This document shows positions 27,286 through 39,674 of a DNA stretch of 64,000 bases, one piece after another. Source of the stretch: Octopus sinensis (lineage: Eukaryota). The notes under the pieces were generated by a model. That model had not been told where the DNA came from. It saw only the letters and a program-made list of their open reading frames with translations, and ran no database searches. The stretch covers positions 64,418,001 to 64,482,000 of the forward strand of contig NC_043008.1 in NCBI RefSeq assembly GCF_006345805.1, in the 5' to 3' direction. How positions within the stretch are numbered: position 1 is the first letter of the stretch; each line of letters begins with the position of its first letter. Made by a program: the position numbers and the translations under genes.

Positions 27286-28412
27286 TGTTACGAGAGTGGG
27301 ACCTCCGATTCGAACTGTTACGGAAATCCTCACACAGGCCCGTTCGATGCAGCGAATAAGCTACGGAAACTCGTCGGAGAGAGGAGAGAGAAGACACAAC
27401 CGCAGCAAGGCAACAGAGAGAGACACCAAAGAGGCAAGGCAACAACTGGCTTACATTCAACAACAGTTTATATGACAATCAATGGTTACAACATCAAAGC
27501 ATTTAAAGGAAACATGCACGTGACAACTCAATACATCTCCACAACAGATCAAAGCATTTAAACATACAAGTAACAATATAACAGTTCGGTAACGACACAA
27601 CAAGTCATATATATCAGCATTTCAAAGGTACACGTCCGAAGACAACAGTTCTTTTCAAATCACATCAACAGATAACGTTCACAGTTCTTTAAAGTCTTTT
27701 TCTATACATATCAACACAATTCTGAACATAAATACCACAACTCGATAATCGACACATCGACAAGTCCTCTACTCAATTCACAATGTTCATTTCACTGTCT
27801 CTTTACATCGTGACACGTATCAATACATAATCAAATACCTCAATTCCTAATTGAATCGCCAGTGTCCCATATTGCACTCCATCTCTCTCTCAATACTGCT
27901 AACTCCAGCTTGCTAAGCTCCTGAATCCCACCGCTTGCTCCTAAGATTCCAACTCCTTGCCGACTTCCAAGATCCGTCTGTGCTCTTTGACGACCGACTA
28001 CCAACTACCTCAAAACCTCACTTGCTCTCTCTCCTTCCCACTACCCTCTCTATCTGCCCTGGTCCCTAACTGCCTATATCTATCGCCTGCTGCTGTCACC
28101 CTTAGCCTTATACTCTATCTCTCTCTCACTACTTTTCTTCCTCTTCTTCCCCTCATCCTCTCTTACTGCTAATATCCTCTCTATCTGCTCTTAGATTCCT
28201 TACTCTATCTTTTTCTCACTACTGCTAGATTCTTCCTCACATATTCAAGGGGTGTCTAGGACGACCTCCAATCGACCGCACAAGGCCAAAAAGGTCCCTC
28301 CAAAACCCCATTAATCTCCCAGTAAACAAAGGGCTGTCTCTTTTCTTCCAGACGTGCCGGCGTCACACCCAAAAGTGGGTCAGACATACTGCACTAGCCA
28401 AAATCCATAACA
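27286..28412 (-). mobile_element. solo LTR (~1127 bp) of an LTR retrotransposon
   Basis: Termini TGTTACG...CATAACA (TG..CA with a short inverted repeat), flanked by ATAT at 27282-27285 and 28413-28416. Composition differs from the flanks. Orientation is inferred. Confidence 0.75.
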
Positions 28413-28427
28413 ATATTATTAATTAGT

Positions 28428-28622
28428 AAGGTGGTGAGCTGGCAGATTTGCCTGTCTTAGCGGCATTTCATCCGTCTTTACCTTCTGAGATAAATTCCAC
28501 CGGGTTCAACTTTGCTCTTCATCCTTTCGTGGTTGATAAAATAAGTACCAGTTGAACATTGGGGTCGATGTAATTGACTTATGCTCTTCACAAAATTGAT
28601 GACCTTGCACAAAAATTTGAAA
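28428..28622 (+). mobile_element. SINE A (short form)
   Basis: GGTGGTGAGCTGGCAGA...CTTCATCCTTTCGTGGTTGATAAAATAAGTACCAG. Confidence 0.75.
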
Positions 28623-29883
28623 GCCGTTGTATTCAAAAGATGTTCCTGCTCTTCCTAAAAAACTGTCCCTAAAAAGCTTTTTTTCCCATCCATCCCATCA
28701 TAAAAAACACAATTAAAATAACATTAACATTTATTTGGGAAGGGGAGAATATAATTTAACATTTAAATAATTAACTCAGTTCAGACGTCTTGACTACACT
28801 ATTATTTCAAGAAAATCAATTGAAAAATATTGTCAAACATTTACGAAGGCAGTAATTAACTAAATTAATAAAACAAGGCTAAGACCTCTGATTAATTAAG
28901 ATTCAACTGCACATTTTAAAATCTCCTTTAGCACTTACTTTACACAATTTTTTCTCAAATATTTTTATTGTTTTCAATTTTAATTTTTTAATTTTATGAA
29001 TTTAATCCTTAGCTTCTATACTTTTATTTCTTTAACCAATCCATTATTCTACAGACAAATGTTAAAATTCTATTATCATATTCTAATGGTCAAAGTGCAG
29101 AAGATTAAACCTTTTTTTTTTTTGGTTACAGAATCTAAGTTAACTCCAAAGATATTCTTCAGTTCCTGCTCTGAAAATCAAAAATAATCATTACAATCAC
29201 ATATACGATGTTTATCTTCATTTAATTTGTCTTGAATTCTACTTGAATAATTCTATCGTAAATTGACTGCAGCAGCTATGCTAATGAATTCATTGCAAGA
29301 ATTTATGTATTGCGATCATGGCAGATTTACAGCCAGGTATAACTTTTAATTGTTCTCGCTTCTTTTAATTCTTTTGTGAGATGTGTAGAAAGTGAAGAAT
29401 TATTTTGTTCCAAAACTTTTTTCGTACTTGTATAGATACACATACATACTAGCATAAACACACATTACAATTACGTCGGCTCTCTCTATCTCTTTCTCTT
29501 TCCCTGTCTATATAAACATATCTATTTATTTATCAATATATGTGTGTGCGTGTGAGTGTGCGAGTGTGTGTACATGATATAGTTTATACCCTAAAATCTC
29601 TGTGTGAGTATATGAGAGCAATTGTACGTTTCTTTATATACATTTACCTCTACTTTTCCTTATAATAAATACACATATAAATGTGAGACTCAGTGTATAT
29701 CTCTATTCTTTCATTTATTCATTTAACAGTTTATTATCAACAGATGCTTTCGAATATTTAGAAAATAATAATATAGATGAAAGTTACATATATAGGAAGT
29801 ACATATACAAATATACACAAATTCACACACACTCACACATACATACATGCATGCATATGTACATTAATACATACACACACACA

Positions 29884-29951
<68 letters not shown>

Positions 29952-30798
29952 ATGTGTGAATAAAATTCAACAAGTAGAAGTACAGAATTCGTAGAAAAGT
30001 TTAAAGTATTTTTTGTTTCTTTTCTTTTTTTATTTTGCAGTAATTACTGCAACAACTCAAGTTTCATGTCTGTGCAAAGCTGTCTTGATTTGCGACAAAC
30101 ATAACTTCTTTTAACTTCTGCCTGTTTTGACAAGTATTATAGATACTGTGATAAAGCAAGAGCATAGAGAACAATGGAATGGTTAGAAGTGATAATAATT
30201 TAAGTGATTTCAATATTAAAATATATTTCGAGTATATTGCGTACATATAATTTTCGTGACCTGAAATCAAATGATGGAATGAAAACACTTCACACGCACA
30301 CACATGCATATATACATGCACAAACACAACAGCACATATAAACTAATAAATTGGTTGATTTGAAGAGAAGGTTAGGTTAATTGCTTGTGACCTGAGTTCA
30401 AATTGTTTTCAGATCATCTTTGCCTTTTATTCTTTTCGTGTTGGTAGATTGACAGAAGGGATACCTGGTGCTCTAAAGTTCCAGTTTGTTGCATTCTGAC
30501 AGCAACACCTGCAATAACATTGGTGCAAAATTGTATTACCTTTGAGGCAGAAGTATTTCTCTTAGACATATTGGTGGCTTAGAGAGGGGAAACTTATGCA
30601 CGTCGTTAACATAGCAACCTTTTGCAGAGAAACAGAATTTGTCATGTCCTCTGCAATGGAAGATCCAGAACAATACAGCAACAGATATATGCATATCCAC
30701 GTGCACACCTACAAACACACATACATGCATATGCATATGTAGTTATTAACACAGCCATACACCATTCAAGCACAAACATATGCAGATTGATATATATA

Positions 30799-30867
<69 letters not shown>

Positions 30868-30984
30868 TAATAATGAAATTATTGTATACAATGCTCAGGT
30901 GCACCACAACATATATATATATATATATATATGTATGTATATGAAATTATAAAATACCGAAGGCAGCTATACGCAGTACAAATC

Positions 30985-31167
30985 CAAAGAGAGGAAATAT
31001 TCAATTGTCACTAATTGTGACTGAGGGTGCCGGGTAGCACCTATATTGCTAGAAATAAATTAAGAACATACCCTTAGAGCCACTAGAAAGCATATTTTCA
31101 TTAGCTGTATAGGTGCAATCCAGCACCCTCAGTCACAATTAGCGACAATTGAATTTTTTCTCTTTTG
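30985..31167. repeat. fold-back element (imperfect ~65-bp inverted repeat, ~50-bp spacer)
   Basis: TTCAATTGTCACTAATTGTGACTGAGGGTGCCGGGTAGCACCTATA pairs with TATAGGTGCAATCCAGCACCCTCAGTCACAATTAGCGACAATTGAA. Confidence 0.85.
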
Positions 31168-31560
31168 CTTTTATATCTATCTATCGAAACTCCCCCTTCC
31201 TTTTTTTTTTTTTTAAATTTTTAAATTTTTTTTTAATTTTTTTTTTAAACCTTCAAAAGAAAAGCTCTACCTTGTAATTTGTTCTATCTGTGTGCAGCCC
31301 TGTGTGGCTAATAAAGAAACATATCTATCTATCTATATATCTATCTATCTGTCTATCTATCTATCTTTTTCTATACATATGAATATATATATGTGTATCT
31401 ATCTATAAATCAATTTCTTTATATACATATAAATATATGTGTGTGTGTATATGTGTGTGTGTGCGCGCGTGCATATATGTTTTTGTTTATTTTTATGTTC
31501 AGTTATAAAAACGATTTTACATTAATCTGATAGGTTACTCTATACTTTTGCAGAGTAGAA

Positions 31561-31662
31561 ATTCTTGTACAAGAATGTTGTTGACAATGACTTCGGAGTC
31601 TGAAGATGACTTACTGGCCAAAACTTTAAAAATCTCGGTCAAGAACATTTTTGTATATGAAT
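31561..31662. repeat. short fold-back with CTGAAGA in the loop
   Basis: ATTCTTGTACAAGAATGTTGTTGAC pairs with GTCAAGAACATTTTTGTATATGAAT. Confidence 0.6.
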
Positions 31663-31681
31663 AATATATGCGTATATACAC

Positions 31682-31722
<41 letters not shown>

Positions 31723-31765
31723 GATAAATATCAGAGTGTGTTATCAACAGTAGCAGAAACACATC

Positions 31766-32122
31766 GTGATGTAAATATGCCATTTGAATATGGCTAACCC
31801 CTAAGGGTGGATGCTATTGTAGTTTTTAGCCTTCAATATCAGTGTCACTGAACACTGGAAAAAGTATATGTATTTGTAAAGAGAAACTCCTTCCTGTCGA
31901 CAACTGTGATTGTCACACGCTGATGATAGGTCAATACCTTGAAACTCGAGTCCGTGTGTATCATAAGTTGAAGACGGGAAGGATGGCTTCCCTTTGCAAA
32001 TACTGATAGGGCACAGAAAGTGCGTCTATAGCCAGCTGGAGGAGATGTCTTCCTGGGGCTAAAAACTACAGTAGCATCCACCCTTAGGGGTTAGCCATAT
32101 TCAAATGGCATATTTACATCAC
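31766..32122 (+). mobile_element. fold-back, ribozyme-bearing element (PLE pseudo-LTR or retrozyme-like)
   Basis: 66-bp terminal inverted arms (31766-31831 and 32057-32122, one mismatch), extensive internal pairing and a hammerhead at the apex. Set between (TA)n tracts. Confidence 0.7.
31901..31970 (+). ncRNA. type I hammerhead ribozyme (minimal stem III, PLE type)
   Basis: CACACG-CTGATGA-T AGGT CAAT ACCT T-GAAA-C TCGA G-TC-CGTGTG. Stem I is a perfect 6 bp and extends further, the core is intact, the cleavage triplet is GUC (cut after 31952), and stem III carries the palindrome CTCGAG. Confidence 0.8.
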
Positions 32123-32261
32123 TATATATATATATATATATATATATTTATAATTAATCAATATAGGGTGGCAAAAAATTTTGTAGAATTTTTTTGCCAC
32201 CAGCGGCCTAGTGGGAAAAAATTAAATAGTCATAGACCATTTTTAAGTTCAACATCACAAT

Positions 32262-32484
32262 CAAGGAACGGCCATAATAGGCCATTCACCCACTAGAAAT
32301 AACAGCCAAAAGCTTCAACCGCAAAATAACATCAATTCCGTAAACCAGGAGAAAATTAAAAAACCAGGAGAAAATTAAAATGTTTTTTAATTTTCTCCTG
32401 GTTTACGGAATTGATGTTATTTTGCGGTTGAAGCTTTTGGCTGTTATTTCTAGTGGGTGAATGGCCTATTATGGCCGTTCCTTG
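32262..32484. repeat. essentially perfect ~102-bp inverted repeat with 19-bp spacer
   Basis: 32262-32363 is the reverse complement of 32383-32484. The spacer duplicates the arm end (CCAGGAGAAAATTAAAA). Confidence 0.92.
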
Positions 32485-32492
32485 GTGTGATA

Positions 32493-32544
<52 letters not shown>

Positions 32545-32547
<3 letters not shown>

Positions 32548-32796
32548 AGAGAAAATGGATGTAAGTAACAAGGAGAAACTCGTCGTTTTCGCTAGAATGT
32601 CTTTAATTTGATTAATTAACAAAGAAGAAGGTACCATTTACGATCGTTTGAGTTTACTAGTTTTACTAAATATCTTCAGAATGTAAATTGAAACGATCGT
32701 AAATGCTACCTTCTTCTTTGTTAATTGATTAAATTCAAGACACACCAGCGAAAACGACGAGTTTCTCCTTGTTATTTACATGCATTTTCTTCTCGT
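32545..32796. repeat. fold-back element (~100-bp arms) with decayed hammerhead at the centre
   Basis: AAGGAGAAACTCGTCGTTTTCGCT...AAGAAGAAGGTACCATTTACGATCGTTT pairs with AAACGATCGTAAATGCTACCTTCTTCTTT...AGCGAAAACGACGAGTTTCTCCTT. Confidence 0.88.
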
Positions 32797-32939
32797 ATAT
32801 AACCTAAGCTACGGTCTACCTACCGAACTACCTGCTACCGTACAACTTTACAAAAGACTGTACCTACTCAGGTAATAACCAGGAGCGCCTTTGGATTTAA
32901 TTATCCCTTAGAGGTATTAAACTCTTCTAACTGATACCT

Positions 32940-32942
<3 letters not shown>

Positions 32943-33019
<77 letters not shown>

Positions 33020-33161
33020 GTATATATATAATATATATATATACACACATATATATATACATACATATATATACAGTATATATATATATCTGTATATATA
33101 TACACAGATATATATATATATATATATATATACATACATACATACATATATATATAGATAT

Positions 33162-33233
<72 letters not shown>

Positions 33234-33290
33234 ATACAGATATACACACATATGTACACATATATAAACACACATACATATAAGTATATA
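32943..33290. repeat. long (TA)n microsatellite
   Basis: Directly visible. Confidence 0.97.
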
Positions 33291-35354
33291 TTTCAGAGTG
33301 CATAGCTTAATGTGCTTCTATCAGCATAGATGTGAGGATTTGCAGTCATGAATAGGTATTGGGATATTTGTGGGATGTCTATATATATATATCTGTATGT
33401 GTGTGTACTTGTGCACACATTCATAATAGAGTGTCGCTGTACTTCAGTGTCAAGAACAGCAGTTATACAATAAGAAAACTCCTCATTTATCCAATTCAAG
33501 TGAACAAGATTATTTGATGTTATACAGGTGTCAGTTTAATATGAAACAGTTTTGTTTACATCCTTGTATTTGTGACAGTTTCTTGGCATTTTTGTGGGAT
33601 GTGTCTAAGATTCATTGCATTTTTTCATGGTTCTTTGAATCATGTCATTTACAAATAGGTTCCCAGCCACAACCTTGAAGTGAACATGACATTAATATTA
33701 ATGTTTAGCTTGTTTATCATAGAAATAGATTATTATGACCTTCATCTTACAAGCCCTTTTCCTTCATCACTTAGCTACCATGTCAAGGAAGAAGCAGTTA
33801 TATGTCCATTGCACTTCTATTAAAGTCAATTCAGATTTTAAAAATGGAAAAAAGAAAATATTTCTTCAATCAGAAATTATTTTTTAATCAGAAATTGTAA
33901 ACTTTGAAAGGGATCCAAATCTAAAGAAAATCTCTATTCAATGGGATATAAGGAGCATAGCAAGGCTGATGTTGCTTAAAAATTGGTTTAAGAAAAAATA
34001 TTACCCTTTTCCTCCACCACCTTATTCTTTATTTTAATAACTTCTCCAAGTACTGACTGATCACTTAATCTGTGAATTTACTGCAAGCTAAACTCTTCTT
34101 CCTGCCATAACTCATCCCTAAGGGAGCAATGAAACTAATAACCTTATCTGCAGAGAGTGAGTGTGCGAACATTTAAACCTTTTTTTGAAAAATTAACTTC
34201 ATTCATTCTTGGATAGAAATTTAATCATATTTGCTTTCTTCCCTTTTTCTCTTATTTTTTTTTTAGCAAAATATAAAAAAATCAGATATTCTTCCTTTCT
34301 TCAAAAATCTTTTATTGATTCAAAGAAAAAAAGACAAAGCAAAAGAAAGAAACAAAGCATTGTTTCATTTATTTAATCAATCAAAAATTAATTAGATATT
34401 CTCTCAAATGAAACTTCAGTTGAATCCAGATAACTTTGATGGAGTTGCTGAGTTTCTCTTTGCAACTTCACATCTGTTTGTCTATTTATAACACCCTGCT
34501 CTTGTGTCAATAGTTGTCAGTGCTTTATATTTTATACATCGTAAAGTACCATAACCTGTATGAAAAATATTGATAAGCGTCAATGAATTTTTATTATAGT
34601 AATATCGAAAAATTGGTTTACATGATTGAGAAATTCATTTACCAAAGTAGAGGTACCAGTTGTTTAGGCTACTTCCAACACTTTTATTAATATATGGTGT
34701 TGATACAATAAATTTTAACTCATATCTGTGGCTATACACTTCCCATTAGTTAATGACATCGGGAAGATGGAACTCACTGCTTTTTCCCTATTGAATAGCC
34801 GTTTTTATGACTTTTGCTCATTGATGCCAAAGCTATGGCATGTAATTTATTGACACAGACACTTAACTGGTGAATGCTTTTCCCATATGATTCTGTTAAA
34901 ACTATGGATTTTTACAGTGCACGTAGCTGAGTTTGGGGTAATAGTTAACAGAACTAGATTCCATTTAAGTCTGTGATTCTTTGATCGATAAATTTTGAAA
35001 TAACATTATCAAAATTTAAGGATTCTAACTGAGCAGAAATGCTTGCCATCAGCTGAGAGGTTCTTCTATGCTGTTCATTGATTTGCTAGAAATAAAAACT
35101 GCATTTTTTCTCATCACCATCTATTGTCATAAATAAAGTAGGATACATTGAGAAACATAATCACTGGTACAAAAAAACGGATGGGACTGTCATGGCTGGA
35201 ATATATTTGATCCTTAGATCTGCTAAAATCTGAACTGAGAGTAAGCAACAAGTCCCATTTCTGTGCATGAGTCAATAGTGGAACCACTGGTAGGTCATTT
35301 GGTCTGCTGAAAATAGAAGTCACATCACCTTCATATTGTTATGGAAGCAAAGAA

Positions 35355-35408
35355 AAGAGAGAGAGAGAGGGGGGATGGAGGGAGAGAGAGAGGGAGGGAG
35401 GGAGAGAG

Positions 35409-35447
<39 letters not shown>

Positions 35448-36511
35448 GGAGGGAGAGAGAAAATGGAAACACTCAATATTGTAGTTCTGGGTACACTGTG
35501 CCCGAATAAAAGACAGAGTAGTTAATGGTAGCATGAAGTTAATAAGAGGTCTGCCTGATCAATGCTGACCTGGCATGGGTGAGAGATTAAGCAACAATAA
35601 AAACAACAACAACAACACAAACGACGATGGCAGCAACAACAACAACAACAACAACAACAGCAACAGCAACAGCACCAATGCTTATAACTCCTGGAGCAGT
35701 CTTTCATGCTTTGTTCTATGAAGTTTCATTATTCAGTGTCATGTCAGGAAGTGTATTGAGAGAAATATATTAGATTCCATCTTTATGGATAGTTGAAGAG
35801 TTCCATATGAGAGAATGGTAAAGATTAGAGTGTGCTGGTGGTAGTAGTGGTGGTGATGGTGGTGGTGATGGTGGTGGTGGGAGTAAACAGAAAGAAAGGT
35901 GGCCAGGGAGTCAGCGCTAGAATAAAGAGGTTAAAGTGTATGTGTAGATGTATATGTATACATACATATGTATGTGTGTATATATATGCGTCTGTGTGTA
36001 TATATAGATAATATATATATATATATATTATATGTATATATACACATGTATATATATATGTATACATATTAACATCCATTTATACACATGCATACATACA
36101 TACATACATAAATATATATATATATATATGCATATATATACACACACACTCTCTCAGTGAGAGGGAGAGCGGGAGGGTGAGCAAGATTGGGGAGAGCAGG
36201 AATAATGGATGAAAAGAAGGGACAGAAAAGAAATAAAAGGAAATGTGAAGAAAGTGGGAGAGAGAGAGAGAGAGAGAGAGAGAAGAGAGAGAGCGAGAGA
36301 GAGAGAGAGCAGGAGAGAGAAATAGATGGAAAGAGAGTGGGGCAGGATATGTAATCAGAAAGGAAGGAAAAAGAATGAGAGACAGAAAAAGCAAGAGGAA
36401 GAAGAAAATTTTCGTATGAACCTTGTTATAACGTTTAATTACAATAGGCAATTCCCAACATATTTTAATATATTCTGCATTAGTAAGATGATGAGGATGA
36501 TGGTGATGATA

Positions 36512-36561
<50 letters not shown>

Positions 36562-36630
36562 GATGGTGATGAAGATGGTGGTGGTGGTGGTGGTGGTGTG
36601 GTGATGGTGTTGGAGATGGTGATGATGAGG
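35355..36630. repeat. series of microsatellites: (GA)n, (CAA/CAG)n, (GGT)n, (TA)n, (GAT)n
   Basis: Directly visible runs with short unique spacers. Confidence 0.85.
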
Positions 36631-36834
36631 AAGGGGAGGAGGGGTGAGTCGATGTTGACAGCAATGAGAACAATGATGAGAGCATGTGGTCTGTTCTGAT
36701 TAGCTTCATCTATGATCAAAGGCATTCTAGCTGTGACCATCCTGCCTGTCTTTTGCTTCAGTTTTATATCATGGACTACTTTATCCAATGTGTCCTTTGT
36801 TTAGTATCTTTATTTTTTTTTCTTTTATGGGTGA

Positions 36835-37250
36835 AAGCATGGCTGTGTGATAAGAAGTTTCATTTTCAACTAGGATGCTCTGGGTTCAGTTCTACTGCAT
36901 GGTACCTTGGACAACAGTTTTCTACCATACAACCTTGGGCTGACCAAAGCCTTGTGAGATAGAAGCCAAAAGAAACCTGTCGTGCATGCATGCTTTTGTG
37001 CATGTCTGTGAGTTTCTGTATTTCCCCATCTTGACTTAGTGCAACAATTTAAAGTGAGCATCATTGCCATACAGACAGTGTTGTCCCTTTCCAATGTCCC
37101 CTGCAAATATGTGATGGGAAAGTATTACCTTGCTTTGAAACAGGTGAGAGTTGCTGGTATGAAGTGTGTCTGGCTTCATAAAATCTGCTTCAAAAATATT
37201 TCATCTACCCATGCAAGCCTATAAGACAGACATGAAAATAAAAATGATGA
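36835..37250 (+). mobile_element. diverged SINE B-related element with RTE-type tail
   Basis: GCATGGCTGTGTGATAAG...ACCTTGGACAA...AAAGCCTTGTGAG, ending CTACCCATGCAAGC...ATGATGA. Confidence 0.55.
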
Positions 37251-38338
37251 TTTTGTTACCATGTCAGTACACTAAATCTACAGATCCAAATTTGAGTTCA
37301 CGATGGAAGTAATCTTTATAAATTTGTTAATGCTGTTGTAAAAGTTATGAGTACTACTTCACTATTTTTCTCTCACATCCGACTTCAATTTTCCTTGCCA
37401 TAAAAACACAAACACCTCCATGAACAAGGTTAATATATGAGATATATAACACTATGTCACCTTACTGGCACTTGTGTTGGTGGCACGTGAAAATACATTC
37501 GAGCAAGGTCATTTCCAGTGCCGCTGGTGACACTTTATCTTATATTACTCCATTTCATTCAGCTGTAGAAATAAACTGGGATGTCATTGGTGCCAAGTTG
37601 TATCAGCCTTTGCCTTTCCCACAGTGGCATGGGGAGAGGGGAGGCTGGTATGCATGGGCAACTGCCTGGACTTGTGCTTTGGAGGGGAGCTTTCTAGTTG
37701 CAATCCCATGGTCACTCTTAACCAAAGGGGTCTTCTCTCTATATATACAATCCAACTACATATCAATCTCTCACTCACCCTTCTCTTGTTACTGTACCAT
37801 CACTCTCATTCTGCTGCTCCCCACACTTTTTTCTGCACTCCTAGTTATCTACCCCTCCCCTATTTCCCTCTTCTTATAGTCATTGTACAAACCATTCACT
37901 ACATCCACTCCTCAGCCCTACCTAATCTTTACAGTGTCCCTACACCCTTTCCTCTCAACTATTTTCCATCAATCATCCCTCCATACATTCATGCAGCTCC
38001 CACCCATCAATGCTCCTGTTTCCTTTGTCCCATTCACATCTACTCCCTTCAACCCTGTGGGGCCCCACTAGACACACCATCACCACTATTTCTACCTCCC
38101 CACACTTCACCCACTCATTTCATTTCCACCTGCTCTGATCTGACCCTTGGCCCATTCTCACATCCTTTAACACTTCATCTCCTCACATAAAGCTGTCTCC
38201 TCAGGGCTTGTATTCCTGCACGCTACATCCAGACAGAAAAATCATGCCATCGCAAGACAGTGGGGCATGATGCAGTCGTCCAATCAGTGAGATCCTTTCC
38301 AACCATTCAACCCATGCCAGCATCGAATATGGACATTA

Positions 38339-38514
38339 AATGATGATGATGATGATGACGATGATGAAGACAACAACAATGATGATGATGGTGACGATGA
38401 CGATGATGATGATTATCACAGCGACGATGACGACGACGACGATGATGATGATGATGATAACAACGGCAATAATCATAATGATGATGATGACGATGATGAC
38501 AACAATAATGATGC

Positions 38515-38554
<40 letters not shown>

Positions 38555-38639
38555 AATGATGATAATAATAATGATGATGATGATGATGATGAAGATGATG
38601 ATGATGATGATGATGATGATGACAATAATGATAACAATA

Positions 38640-38672
<33 letters not shown>

Positions 38673-38793
38673 ATGATGACAGTGACGATGACGATGATGA
38701 TTAAGATGATGATGACGACGATGATGATGATTATGACAACAACAATGACGACGGCAATCACGACAACGACGATGATGATGATGATGATGATGA
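38339..38793. repeat. degenerate (GAT)n microsatellite following a retroposon 3' end
   Basis: Preceded by CAACCCATGCCAGCAT...GGACATTAAA, the same terminus seen at 41298-41330. Confidence 0.93.
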
Positions 38794-39535
38794 AACCAGT
38801 GCACTAATTAAATATTACACATCCCTCCATTTATTTGATCTGCTGTTCGATTTATTCTAAAGACGATGGCACGGAAAAAGAAGGACACATTACAAACATT
38901 TGTTGCAAACAAACAGACAGACAGTAAATTATGGGAGTAGAGGAAGTGACGAATTTCCTCAGAACACAAAGCAGATATTTATTAAATTCCATTTAAGCAA
39001 GTAATTGAAATTTAACACTTAATAACATATTGCTACGTATGGCCTACACATACCGGCTATAATCAAATTTACTGTATGCTTAGATCCAAAGTGAATATAT
39101 TTGAACTAATACATAGTCTTACAATACATTGAATAGCTTAAGATATGACATTGATTCTCTGAATACAGAATATCTTAATGCATTTAATCAACATGTCTTG
39201 CTTTAGTGAAAGAATCTTAAAATTACCTTACAATGAATGCCAGCTATTATCCATCTTCTAAGAGATGAAGCATTGTCATTTACCACATTTCCAATTTAAG
39301 AAAATGCCATGAAAGGTTCCGAAGGAAGTTGCCAGAATTCCAATTTTATTTGCATAAAGCTTATTCGAAATTACATGGTGTAAGTGTGTTTAATGATAGG
39401 TTTCCTTTAACGTAATGTAATGTTGTGATGGAATACTCTTTTTAGTTATGCATTCCGAATATTACTAAATATTTAAAACTTTCTGATCCTCCTGGATGGT
39501 AAATTGCAATAGAATTATTTGAAAAGAAATTATAT

Positions 39536-39551
39536 TGTGTGTGCGTGTATG

Positions 39552-39584
<33 letters not shown>

Positions 39585-39642
39585 TGAGTGTGTGTGTGTG
39601 TTTGTGTGAGTGTTTGTGTGTGTGTATATATATATATATGTG

Positions 39643-39674
<32 letters not shown>

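Noticed and set aside
37624-38190. 188-aa Pro/His/Leu-rich ORF
   Set aside because: It arises from a SINE tail plus a pyrimidine-rich tract and has no recognisable domain.
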